Positions 34,873 through 43,589 of a stretch of 52,838 nt of DNA are shown here, piece by piece (position 1 is the stretch's first letter; each line of letters begins with the position of its first letter). Made by a program: the position numbers and the translations under genes. The notes beneath the pieces are model-generated. The model saw nothing but the letters and a program-made list of their open reading frames with translations. It was not told where the DNA came from and did not search any database. Location of the stretch: positions 1 through 52,838 of the IMG/VR virus record IMGVR_UViG_3300009149_000044; one strand, written 5' to 3'. Source of the stretch: a virus. Lineage: Duplodnaviria > Caudoviricetes.

Positions 34873-35853
34873 TTACACCAGCTCCAACGCCTTCGTCAGC
34901 GCCCTACGCTTCAGCGTGGCGCCGTCACCGAACCAGGCCTTGTCCAACCTGATGTCGTTGCTGCGAGCGCGGGCAGCGTGATCTTGGTAGAAGGTGACCG
35001 ACTGCACCAGACCATAAGCGGTGCCCTTCGCGGCGGTCGAGGCGGCACCGGGAGCATTGGCCCGGATCTCCATCATCCGCTGCACCTGCCGGCCCTGCGC
35101 CTTCTCGCTGGTACCTTCAGCCTCCACCTTGCGGGCAGGATAGAACAGCTCCTTGAAGTAGTTCTCCGCCAGCGTGTCGTCCACCTCCCTCTTCGCCAGC
35201 TGCTCAAGAGCGGTGCAGAACTCCCGCCACTCCAGGTCGAGCCCCAGCTGCGCCTTGACCGCCTCTTCGTCGAATGTGGTCGTGTGGTAGACCTTGATCG
35301 CGTCGCGGGTATTGCCTAGGGCGGCGTGGAGGGTATTGCTGCAGACCACCCGGACGCTCGTCTGGATGGCGCAGGTCGGCAAGGTCACATCGTAAGAGGT
35401 CGCCAGCAGGAGGTAGCGGTTGATGACCTCCTGCTTTGTCATCTTGAACGCCTCCTTGTTCTTCGCCAGCGCCCAGATCTTGGCACCGCCGCGGAGCGCG
35501 CCTGCGGTCTCAATCTCGAAGTCGTGAAACTTACCGACCAGGTCCCGGAAGAACTCCAACACGGCACCCGGCTGAACAGCCTTGTAGCGATTGCTGACCA
35601 CCGCCAGCGGCGCCTGCGTATCGCTGCGGAACAGAACATCCCGACCATCGAAGGTCTTCAGTTGAGAGGCCTTCTTGCCCGGCACCGCGAAGGTGACGGG
35701 CGCCTTCACCGCCTCCCATTCGAGGCCGGCTGCGACCTTCCACTCGTCGATGGTCGCGTCCACGGGCAGCTGGAAGCCGAGACCGTGCCAAGGGACCTCA
35801 CCCGAATACGCTACGTTCGCCCGACGATTGCTGAGATCGATTTCTGCTGGCAT
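34873..35853 (-). CDS. DUF932 (TIGR03299-like) phage/plasmid protein
   Basis: PWHGLG, AGLEW, YKAVQP, ETAGALRGG, VRVVCSNTL. Confidence 0.88.
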   Translation of the reverse strand: MPAEIDLSNRRANVAYSGEVPWHGLGFQLPVDATIDEWKVAAGLEWEAVKAPVTFAVPGKKASQLKTFDGRDVLFRSDTQAPLAVVSNRYKAVQPGAVLEFFRDLVGKFHDFEIETAGALRGGAKIWALAKNKEAFKMTKQEVINRYLLLATSYDVTLPTCAIQTSVRVVCSNTLHAALGNTRDAIKVYHTTTFDEEAVKAQLGLDLEWREFCTALEQLAKREVDDTLAENYFKELFYPARKVEAEGTSEKAQGRQVQRMMEIRANAPGAASTAAKGTAYGLVQSVTFYQDHAARARSNDIRLDKAWFGDGATLKRRALTKALELV

Positions 35854-35884
35854 AATTGACTCCTTTCTGAGTCTGGATGTTGGT

Positions 35885-35944
35885 AGTAGGCGCGACTGGG
35901 CCTACCGACTGTAGTATTATACAATACTTATCGTCAAAAGTCAA
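35885..35944 (-). promoter_or_regulatory. third, diverged copy of the early promoter with leader hairpin
   Basis: TTGACT-TTTGACGATAAGTATTG(17)-TATAAT followed by GTAGGC...GCCTAC. Confidence 0.85.
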
Positions 35945-35961
35945 GCACTATTTTCGAAACG

Positions 35962-36204
35962 CTACCTATCAATCATCCGTGCAGCGACCAGAACCTCCGC
36001 CCAGTCTGTCTCGGCACCATCAGCGAGCACCGCCGCCTGCCTGCACTGGGTGATGCGCGTAAGCGAGCTTTCAGCGGCAAGCACCGAACTGCGCAGGACA
36101 GTGCCGTCCGCTTCCTCTACTTGCAGCCTGAGGAACCCGTCCATCGCCCGAACCTCAACTTTCCGGCCTGTCGCGCTTCGCAAGATTACAGTATCCATCT
36201 TCAT
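35962..36204 (-). CDS. hypothetical protein
   Basis: AAAGGA RBS before ATG 36204. Confidence 0.45.
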   Translation of the reverse strand: MKMDTVILRSATGRKVEVRAMDGFLRLQVEEADGTVLRSSVLAAESSLTRITQCRQAAVLADGAETDWAEVLVAARMIDR

Positions 36205-36262
36205 CAGACTTTGTCCTTTCTGGCCCGGGCAGGTCCTCCCCACCCGGGCCGTGTTGTGGGTT

Positions 36263-36502
36263 TCACTCGACGTCGAAGTATTCCATTACGACCCGCAGGA
36301 GCCGGTCGTAATCGCCGTCGGTTGCCTTCGTCCGGAACTCCACCCAACGCTCGTCCGTCCACCCCGCCTCCTTTGCTGCGCGCTTGCAAGCGCCCAGGAT
36401 GTAGAAGGCGTTCCCGACATTGCCAATCAGTTTGACTGCCGGCCTCAGCGGGCGCTGCTTCATCTCCATCGCCTGGATCTTTTCACGTTCTTCAGCATTC
36501 AT
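36263..36502 (-). CDS. conserved-looking small phage protein
   Basis: VKLIGNVGNAFYILG...AGW...GDYD.LL; GGAG RBS. Confidence 0.65.
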   Translation of the reverse strand: MNAEEREKIQAMEMKQRPLRPAVKLIGNVGNAFYILGACKRAAKEAGWTDERWVEFRTKATDGDYDRLLRVVMEYFDVE

Positions 36503-36547
36503 CTTCGGTCTCCTCCGGCGTTTAGTGCGGGCGCCCGTGAGGGTGTA

Positions 36548-36766
36548 TTACTTCTTCGCCGCGTCCGCCACCAGGTATCGCAGAATGCGGCCGCCCTTGT
36601 CCACGCTCTCAATGATGCTTTGCAGCGACCGCGATTCGCTGTCCGTGATCCCCAGTCGACTATCCACAAACGCCAAATCCTCCTTGAGCGCGTAGAGGTC
36701 GTCAAGCAGTTCGTCAAGCATTCGTGTTTTGTCCGCCTCGGTCATCATTCCTTCAATGCGTTTCAT
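36548..36766 (-). CDS. hypothetical protein, first gene after the early promoter
   Basis: RBS and ATG supplied by repeat copy 2. Confidence 0.6.
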   Translation of the reverse strand: MKRIEGMMTEADKTRMLDELLDDLYALKEDLAFVDSRLGITDSESRSLQSIIESVDKGGRILRYLVADAAKK

Positions 36767-36898
36767 CTTCGGTCTCCTTTCTGTTCGGTGCCGGTAGGAC
36801 CTTCCTACCCGACTGTTAGTATTATACGATACTTATCACCAAAAGTCAAGTAAAAACTTCGAAATTCGTGGAAATAAATTGTAAAAGATTGTAACGGC
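36764..36898 (-). repeat. ~135-bp direct repeat copy 2 (promoter cassette)
   Basis: TTGACT(36849-36844)-N17-TATAAT(36826-36821); matches 19020-19155. Confidence 0.92.
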
Positions 36899-37038
36899 AG
36901 GAAACCGAGAAGCACCAATCCGGCGATTGAGTGGCGTTTACGGCGGTGAGCTGGCGATCCAGCCCGCCACGGAATATGCAAATATCGACCCCACGACCAG
37001 GTAAAATAATATCGCCCCGATGACTTTCGCAGCAGTTT

Positions 37039-37254
37039 TCACAGGTCTTCTGGCAGCCTCCGGCGTATGATCTTGGATGAACCTGGGTTGCGCACGCCCA
37101 TCACCCGCTGGGTCTGCGCGGCTGTCATCGTGGCCAGCCGAGCCCAGTGGTTACGGCAGACGGGCTTGCCGAGATAAAACAGTTCGATGTCAGTGCTCTT
37201 GCACCCCGGATAACCGCACGTGGGTTGGTCAGACATAATTCGGTCTCCTTTCAC
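37039..37254 (-). CDS. small Cys/His protein
   Basis: CGYPGC...CRNH; AAAGGAG RBS suggests the start is the internal ATG (MSDQP). Confidence 0.5.
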   Translation of the reverse strand: MKGDRIMSDQPTCGYPGCKSTDIELFYLGKPVCRNHWARLATMTAAQTQRVMGVRNPGSSKIIRRRLPEDL

Positions 37255-37258
37255 TTAG

Positions 37259-38206
37259 CTATATCGCCAGTGCTGAGACCTGCTCAGGCGTCATCTCGCC
37301 CGGATCATGCGTGCCGGTAGGAAGGAACATAATTTCGGTGTTGTGGAAGCAGGCCGTCTGCGTCTGCAGCTCCATCGCTGCACTCATCGCATCGTCGTCA
37401 AGGAGGAACCTGACCTTCTCGTAATGCCTGCATAACCCCCACAGCATACCGAGTTGGTGCTTGGTGGCAGTCCGGCCGAACATGCAGGTCGCACGTGACC
37501 CCAGCTTCTTGAGGTGGAAATCAACCTTCAGCGCATCAAACGGGCCTTCGCAGACGTATAGGTAACGCCCACCCGAGTAGAGGTCATTTACATTATATAA
37601 GACCTGCTTGACACCTTTGTCTGGGTGGCTCAGGTATTTGATCGACGCTGACTTAGAAATAGCCCTCCCTGTCCACCCGAGCAAACCACACACCTCCCCA
37701 TAGCGTATCGGTATCACGACCCGCCCGCTCCAGCGACCTGATCGGGCAAACCTGAGATCGTATTGCTCAACAAGCTGATCGACTTCCTCGAACCCACGCT
37801 CACGCAGATACAGCCAATAGCAGCGGCCACACTTGCGGTCGATCGACTGGAGGCTCGGATCCATATGGATATAGGTCGGTTCCCAGTTGGGTGCCTTGGC
37901 ATCCTGGAGCAGCTCCTGGAGCAGCGTATCGAACCCGTCTGGCAGGTCTGCGCCCTTGACAATCGCCAGCGCTTCCGCCTCTGAACACCTGCGCAAGGCT
38001 TTCACCAAATAGATGACGTCGTTACCCCGATGACGGCCATTACGCCAGCAGCCCCACTGACCCGTCCGCAGATTCACACCCATATGGAAGCTGGGATCGT
38101 CCCTACAGAATGGACAGCGGATATTCACGTGATCGACCGCTACATTGGGCCCGGTCTCGATGTATTCAATCATCTCTGTCTTGAGGAACCTGACGACGTC
38201 AAACAC
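37259..38206 (-). CDS. DNA primase (zinc finger + TOPRIM)
   Basis: CPFC..D..FH...CW, YLRERG, VCEGPFDAL, LDDDA. Confidence 0.85.
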   Translation of the reverse strand: MFDVVRFLKTEMIEYIETGPNVAVDHVNIRCPFCRDDPSFHMGVNLRTGQWGCWRNGRHRGNDVIYLVKALRRCSEAEALAIVKGADLPDGFDTLLQELLQDAKAPNWEPTYIHMDPSLQSIDRKCGRCYWLYLRERGFEEVDQLVEQYDLRFARSGRWSGRVVIPIRYGEVCGLLGWTGRAISKSASIKYLSHPDKGVKQVLYNVNDLYSGGRYLYVCEGPFDALKVDFHLKKLGSRATCMFGRTATKHQLGMLWGLCRHYEKVRFLLDDDAMSAAMELQTQTACFHNTEIMFLPTGTHDPGEMTPEQVSALAI

Positions 38207-39743
38207 TCACCTCTCCTTTCACCAGCTCATCAAACAGCTCCTTGCCTTCTTTCAAATAACGTAGCAGTTTGGCGTCTATGGTGTTGTCCACGACCAGGTC
38301 ATAGTAGAACACCGTCCGGTCCTGCCCTATCCTGTGCACCCGTTTCTCAGCCTGCTGCCGGTTGATCAAGCTGACAGGTGACTCGTAGAAGATCACGTAA
38401 CGAGCGCACTGCAGGTTGAGCGACTTCGCCCCTACCTGATCATTCACCACCAAGACTCGGCAGCCTTTGGTGTCGGTGAACTTCCGCACAGCCTTGCCAG
38501 GATCAGCCGTGCCGCCGTAGAGCTGCGAACAACCTATATGATTCTTCGTGAGCGTCTCTGCGATCTTATGACTCGAATGCGTGAACGTATGGAACACCAC
38601 CACCTTCTCGTCGGGCCCGATCTCTCTGAGCAGCTCCAAGAGGGCTTCGATCTTCATGTTTGGCTCCAGGTCCGCAATCACCCTCTCATCATCGTCTGCC
38701 AGCGTGAGGAATCCGCTGCTGAGCTGGCGCATCCGAATAAAGGCATTCTTCATCTCCTGGAAATTCGTCGCAGCCCTCAGGTCTGCGATCATCTTGGCAT
38801 AGTGGGCTTTCATCTCTGACGTGAAGGGAATCGATACCTGCGTGTAAACCTGCTCGGGGAGGTCGTGGCATTCGCTGGTGGCATAGTATAGGCTTCTGTG
38901 TGCCATGAAGCGTGCCATCCGATCTTCAGCACCGTGCTGTAGCTTGTATTCGTAGCCTCCCCAATAGTTCACCGTCTCGTTGAAGAACGCCTGACGAAAG
39001 ACACCAAGCGTCTTCCCGAACGTCTCACCACCATCAGCTGCGCAGAACTGAGCCCAGAGGTCCTGGGGATCCCTGCCCATCGGTGTCCCAGTCAGCCCGT
39101 AACGATAAGGGACATCCTTAAAGTGTTTGGCGAGCTTAAACGGCAGCCCACGGTGATTCTTCAGCTCAGTCGATTCATCCCACACAACCATATCGTAGCG
39201 AGACGAGAGGTGCGCTGCCGTCTTGGCGTTCACCTGCATCTTGTTGACCTGCTTCTTCGGGTGCAGCACCTTATCGCAGCATAAATGCATCCAGCCCGCG
39301 TAGGTGATCACGTTTACGTCGCCGGTGCCGTCCTCGATCATCTGCCGCCGTGCCTCGGTATCCCCGTAGAGAGAAACCAAGTTGACATCAGGCCTGTGGA
39401 TTGCTCCCTGCTGCTCCCATGACATCAGGTTCACAGTATTAGGCACCAACACAAGCATTCGGCGTGCAGCGCCACGCTGCTGGCGATAGCGGAACAGATC
39501 CAACACCAGCTTGCTCTTCCCTAAACCCATATCCAGGAAGAACAGAAACTGGGGTTCTATCAAGCCTACAAGAAAGCACGCCAGCTGGTGCTTGAAGGGC
39601 GGAGTGATGAACTCAGGTTCCGCCTCGAGAGCTGCGTCCATTACGTCCATCAGCTGATCGTCGTCCAGCTCCTTGATCGACCGGTAGTCCTCTAGGCTTT
39701 TCTCGCGGGCCAGAAATTCGCGGACTGCACTCTTCGAGATCAT
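38199..39743 (-). CDS. SNF2-family helicase
   Basis: DMGLGKS, VWDES, LTGTP, QAEKRVHRIGQ. Confidence 0.9.
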   Translation of the reverse strand: MISKSAVREFLAREKSLEDYRSIKELDDDQLMDVMDAALEAEPEFITPPFKHQLACFLVGLIEPQFLFFLDMGLGKSKLVLDLFRYRQQRGAARRMLVLVPNTVNLMSWEQQGAIHRPDVNLVSLYGDTEARRQMIEDGTGDVNVITYAGWMHLCCDKVLHPKKQVNKMQVNAKTAAHLSSRYDMVVWDESTELKNHRGLPFKLAKHFKDVPYRYGLTGTPMGRDPQDLWAQFCAADGGETFGKTLGVFRQAFFNETVNYWGGYEYKLQHGAEDRMARFMAHRSLYYATSECHDLPEQVYTQVSIPFTSEMKAHYAKMIADLRAATNFQEMKNAFIRMRQLSSGFLTLADDDERVIADLEPNMKIEALLELLREIGPDEKVVVFHTFTHSSHKIAETLTKNHIGCSQLYGGTADPGKAVRKFTDTKGCRVLVVNDQVGAKSLNLQCARYVIFYESPVSLINRQQAEKRVHRIGQDRTVFYYDLVVDNTIDAKLLRYLKEGKELFDELVKGEVSV

Positions 39744-41158
39744 TCGTCGTCTCCATCGCCGTGCGCCTGCTCAGTCGAGAGCGTCTTCCAATACTTTGGC
39801 ATCATCCGGACGGAGTCCAGACAGAACTGCCCAACCCCATAGTTCTGCGAAAGCAGGACGGTAAAGTGGTCTCGATCATTGCGTCCTTTCGCCACGAACA
39901 ACCGGGCTAGACCCAACTCGCGCTCCTGCTGGGTCTGATTGAATGTCAAGAGGACGTCGGCCGTCATCCCTTTCGAGAAATCTTCGCTGGTGTGCTCGGC
40001 GGTAATCACCTTCGTGCCGAATCCAGCGCGGTTGCTCTGGGTAACGGCTGCTATACCTATATTGCGCTTCACACCGAGACCACGAAGTCCCTTGAAGATC
40101 GCCGACGTCGCGCCGCGGATGTTATTCGGATCAACAGTCATCAGGTCGGGATAGTCCACCAGCAGCAGGTCGGGTATGAAGCCTTTTGACATCTCTAGCG
40201 TATCGAGGTAGCCCTCAATCTGGCGTAACGTCAGATCTCCCGTTGGGAACTCCTTGATCACCAGCTTGCCTTTGACCTTGCTGAGCTTCTCTGTCAGCAC
40301 GGCGCGGATGTCGGTGTCGTGGAAGCTGGGCCGGTCAGGCATCTCGACTGACTCCATCGAAACGAAGCGCCCCAGTTCGTCCTCCTCAAAAGCCTGCCTT
40401 ACGAAGTCTTCCTTGCGCTTGGACACCGAAAACAGCGATTGAGTATAACGTTGCGCCAGTATCTGCTCGCTCACCTCTAAGGTGATGTGAACAACCTTCT
40501 GGTGTGTCAAGAGAGCCCATTTCGCCAGGTTGATCAACCACCAGGTCTTGCCAGAACCCATCAAGCCCATAAACAGGTGGAGCTCTTTACGCGCCGGTCC
40601 GAGGTCGCGATCGTCTAACTGACGCACGCCCGTCATAAACACCTCTCGGCTGTCTGGATCCAGGAAGCGCAGCATCCGTTTGACATCTGACAGCTCTAGA
40701 CCCGGGTCGAAGATGTCAAAGTTCGATTTCATGGCTTCCTGCAGGACGCGCTCGGCTTCATCGAGGTCCTCTGTGGCGGGCTCCTTGAGTAGGTCTACTG
40801 CACGAATGATAGCCGATCTCAGCCGCTGCTGCCGTATAAACTCCGTGGCTCGCGACAGAATGTATTCGCCATTTATCTCGCCGCGAATCGCCTCCATGGA
40901 TTCGTAAATCCTGAGGTAGATCTCCGCGGCGTCGCTGCGCTTCTGCTGCAACGTCTCGAGGATATCGAGCGTATGCTCGCCAGGCGCGTGGCCGAACCTC
41001 TGCCTGAACGCTACAGCCTCCGTGGCAAAGTCTCGGTAGAACGCATCGTAGCAGTTCGTAGGGACAAGATTGAAAATCACCTGGCCGGTTTCGCTGTCGA
41101 AGCAAAGGAGGGCCAATAGCGCCTCTTGAATGGCTGAGGTCAGTCGCTGTTCGTTCAT
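39740..41158 (-). CDS. replicative DnaB/gp41-like helicase
   Basis: GLMGSGKT, ITLE, LVDYPDL, TQSNRAG, KGRN. Confidence 0.88.
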   Translation of the reverse strand: MNEQRLTSAIQEALLALLCFDSETGQVIFNLVPTNCYDAFYRDFATEAVAFRQRFGHAPGEHTLDILETLQQKRSDAAEIYLRIYESMEAIRGEINGEYILSRATEFIRQQRLRSAIIRAVDLLKEPATEDLDEAERVLQEAMKSNFDIFDPGLELSDVKRMLRFLDPDSREVFMTGVRQLDDRDLGPARKELHLFMGLMGSGKTWWLINLAKWALLTHQKVVHITLEVSEQILAQRYTQSLFSVSKRKEDFVRQAFEEDELGRFVSMESVEMPDRPSFHDTDIRAVLTEKLSKVKGKLVIKEFPTGDLTLRQIEGYLDTLEMSKGFIPDLLLVDYPDLMTVDPNNIRGATSAIFKGLRGLGVKRNIGIAAVTQSNRAGFGTKVITAEHTSEDFSKGMTADVLLTFNQTQQERELGLARLFVAKGRNDRDHFTVLLSQNYGVGQFCLDSVRMMPKYWKTLSTEQAHGDGDDE

Positions 41159-41580
41159 AGTTGCCCTTTGATGATGACATTCAGTAGCCCGCTCTCGCGA
41201 TAGCCCGGAAAAGCCAGATCGATGACTTGTGATGTGCGTGTCAAGGACGTCGCCAGCGCACGCGGCGAGACTGGAACACCGCGCTCCACCATATCGGTAA
41301 TCAGCAGATCGCCTACCCGCAGATAGAGCTTATAGCGCTCTGCTCGGCGCTGCACCTGAAAATACTGGTTGATAAACGCATCCAGGTGCTCTGCGCCAGC
41401 CTTGAAGGTTGAAAACCACGACTGCTTCTTGAGCAGCGAATATGGCGGGGACGTAATACCCCGGCGCTTGAGGGCTTCTTCCATCCAGCGGTAGACCACA
41501 ACGAGATCGTCAGGCTTGCGGTAGTCCTCAAGCCGGTGGTCTACAAGCTCACGCAGTTTTAACAGATCGGCGCGTGACAT
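41155..41580 (-). CDS. hypothetical protein upstream of the helicase
   Basis: ATGA overlap with the helicase; start uncertain (41580 or 41616). Confidence 0.55.
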   Translation of the reverse strand: MSRADLLKLRELVDHRLEDYRKPDDLVVVYRWMEEALKRRGITSPPYSLLKKQSWFSTFKAGAEHLDAFINQYFQVQRRAERYKLYLRVGDLLITDMVERGVPVSPRALATSLTRTSQVIDLAFPGYRESGLLNVIIKGQL

Positions 41581-41590
41581 CCGCGTCAGA

Positions 41591-41803
41591 TCAGGATAGG
41601 TAAAGTCGCTTCCCATGCTGTTTAGCCCAGATAGCAATCTTCGCTCGGTCATATCGGATCGTATCGCGGCCCTCGCCCTTGATGAGAACATAAGGGAGCC
41701 GCTCATGCTTACGCCAGAGCGCGATGGTTTGCTTGGAGCGCCTGAACATACGGGCTACGTCGCCCTCATTCAGAAGCTCGATAGTCGTAAATTGCTGGTC
41801 CAT
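41591..41803 (-). CDS. excisionase/MerR-like HTH DNA-binding protein
   Basis: LLNEGDVARMFRRSKQTIALWRK...LPY...IRY...W; GGAGG RBS. Confidence 0.8.
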   Translation of the reverse strand: MDQQFTTIELLNEGDVARMFRRSKQTIALWRKHERLPYVLIKGEGRDTIRYDRAKIAIWAKQHGKRLYLS

Positions 41804-41822
41804 ACATAAACCTCCAGTTTCA

Positions 41823-41919
41823 CATAACTATATCACGCGGCCTACCATTACAGTATAACACAAACAAGGCCGGCAGTCAAGCATAATTTTCAACCTCTTA
41901 GCGACATGATATAGTTATG
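41823..41919. promoter_or_regulatory. divergent control region: leftward sigma70 promoter bracketed by a 13-bp inverted repeat of the GATATAGTT motif
   Basis: CATAACTATATCA (41823-41835) / TGATATAGTTATG (41907-41919); TTGACT(41880-41875)-N17-TATACT(41857-41852) on the minus strand. Confidence 0.75.
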
Positions 41920-41924
41920 CAAAC

Positions 41925-42260
41925 CAGTCTCAAGAAACCTTTCGCGCTCCTACAACGCATATGACGCACGAAGACGAAAGCGCGAAGGACAGGGGATGCG
42001 GTGTTTACCGAGTGCACCGTGAGACCCACCAGGCAAGGCACCTGGAGCGCGACCTACAATACCAATCCGGGCTACGTCCTACCCTGACGACCCGGTCCCC
42101 GATCAGTGCTTCAGTTCGAGCCTGGTAGCTGACCGATAGATTATCTGCTGTTGGTGTTCAACAGCGCTATCGGCTCAGTTCAATGCCACGATCGAGGCTA
42201 TTAGGTTAAGAAGACCTGGTTAGCCCAGATCGGGGATAATGGGACTCGGTATTGAGTCAA
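41925..42260 (+). ncRNA. candidate large structured RNA (leader of queE or independent ncRNA), family unknown
   Basis: No ORF of 60 aa or more; at least nine nested helices identified by eye, several with G-U pairs valid only on the + strand; promoter-like motif immediately upstream. Confidence 0.6.
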
Positions 42261-42271
42261 GGAGAAGACCA

Positions 42272-42916
42272 GTGGCTTTAGACGTAGAAGACGGCGCAGA
42301 TCAGCTATTCAGCGTGAACGAGATCTTCGTTTCGATCCAAGGGGAAGGCCCTAGTGCCGGTATGCCGGCAATCTTCATCAGACTGGCAGGCTGCAACCTG
42401 AACTGCCCGTTCTGCGACACCAAACATGATGTCAGGATGACCCTGACAACCCAGGAGATCGTCAAAGCAGTCAAGTGCTTCAAGAACCAGCCTCAGCTGT
42501 TGGTCATTACGGGAGGTGAGCCTTTCCTGCAGCCGATCAACCTGCTGGTGGATGCGCTGGTCGACAACTACCAGATCGAGATCGAAACGAACGGCACCAA
42601 TTTCGGCTTGTGGGGACGCGAGTGGAATCGGGAGGCGCGCATCAATGTTTCGCCCAAAACTGAGACGCTCGCCCCACCGATCTACCATCTGGCGACCGCC
42701 TTCAAGTATATCATCTGCACCAGGACCAAACTGAGCATGGATGGCCTTCCGCATGGCTTGGCGCGGCCGCCTGCGGGGCTGCCGATTTTCCTGCAGCCGA
42801 TGGACGAGAAAGATCCAGTCAAGAACCAAGCGAACGGTGCTCTCTGCGCAACGCTCTGCATCCAGCACGGGTATTACTTGTCATTACAGTTGCACAAGAT
42901 AGTGAATATCAAGTAG
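42272..42916 (+). CDS. queE: 7-carboxy-7-deazaguanine synthase (radical SAM)
   Basis: EIFVSIQGEG, FIRLAGCNLNCPFCDT, ITGGEP, IETNGT, VSPK, SLQLHK; AAGGAG RBS favours GTG 42272. Confidence 0.95.
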   Translation: MALDVEDGADQLFSVNEIFVSIQGEGPSAGMPAIFIRLAGCNLNCPFCDTKHDVRMTLTTQEIVKAVKCFKNQPQLLVITGGEPFLQPINLLVDALVDNYQIEIETNGTNFGLWGREWNREARINVSPKTETLAPPIYHLATAFKYIICTRTKLSMDGLPHGLARPPAGLPIFLQPMDEKDPVKNQANGALCATLCIQHGYYLSLQLHKIVNIK

Positions 42917-42985
42917 CTGGCTGAGAGCGCCAAGCAGCTGGCAGCGCTGCAACGCTAAGCGGGCGGGTAATGTATCCATACCAGC

Positions 42986-43588
42986 TTACTCCGCCGCCTT
43001 GTCACGCACAAACATCATGGCGTTGTCGACGACCCAGACGCAGCCTCGCGCACGGCAGTCTGCTTGGAACTTCGACGTAGCACCAGCGAGCAGCCGAAAG
43101 CCCCGACTCTCAAAGCGGGATATCCAGTAGTCTTTTGGCTGCTCGTTGACATGCCCAATACCGGTGTTGGGCACCAGCGCAGCTGGCGGGGCGGCAGTGA
43201 AGAAGACCAGCCCGTGCGCGTAGCAATGCGCGCAACAGAAGCGAACCAGATCATCAGCGTAGATGCTAGGGAGGTGCTCGGCAACCTCGATGCACGAGAC
43301 CAGATCTGCAGCGTCAAAGCTGACCAACGTCTTATTGCCTTTGAGCACCTGGAACAGGTCCGCCTTGAGCACCGACATCCCCTCAGGGATACGCGCAAAC
43401 GCAGACCTGCTGCCTTCAATACCGAGGGTGGGAATCCCTTTGTCATGAAACCAAGAGGTCAGGTAGCATGCTCCACAGCCGACGTCGATGACACTCTCGA
43501 ATCGGAAGTGCTCGAAGAGCCATTGGGCGAAATACCCGTAAATGACTCGATACTTCTCGCGGTTGGCGTAGAAGGTATCGTCATACAT
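42986..43588 (-). CDS. class I SAM-dependent methyltransferase
   Basis: VIDVGCG, SCIEVAEHL, GHVNEQP..YW; type usually seen in glycan-biosynthesis clusters; start probably ATG 43588. Confidence 0.85.
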   Translation of the reverse strand: MYDDTFYANREKYRVIYGYFAQWLFEHFRFESVIDVGCGACYLTSWFHDKGIPTLGIEGSRSAFARIPEGMSVLKADLFQVLKGNKTLVSFDAADLVSCIEVAEHLPSIYADDLVRFCCAHCYAHGLVFFTAAPPAALVPNTGIGHVNEQPKDYWISRFESRGFRLLAGATSKFQADCRARGCVWVVDNAMMFVRDKAAE

Positions 43589-43589
43589 C

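Noticed and set aside
19020-36898. The 135-bp repeats as att sites, terminal repeats or a CRISPR array
   Set aside because: There are only two full copies, both internal, with no spacers and no recombinase; they are fully explained as promoter-RBS cassettes.
41917-41964. 15-codon ORF MQTSLKKPFALLQRI as a leader peptide
   Set aside because: No RBS, and the ATG abuts the promoter-like motif, so it is probably upstream of or at the transcription start.
41925-42260. tRNA, tmRNA, RNase P, group I intron, HEARO/omega RNA, retron msr-msd or preQ1-I riboswitch identity for the structured element
   Set aside because: No cloverleaf or CCA end, no recognisable conserved cores, no interrupted gene, and no adjacent IscB/TnpB/HNH or reverse transcriptase. 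The resemblance to HEARO is limited to a few short words. An Rfam scan is still needed.
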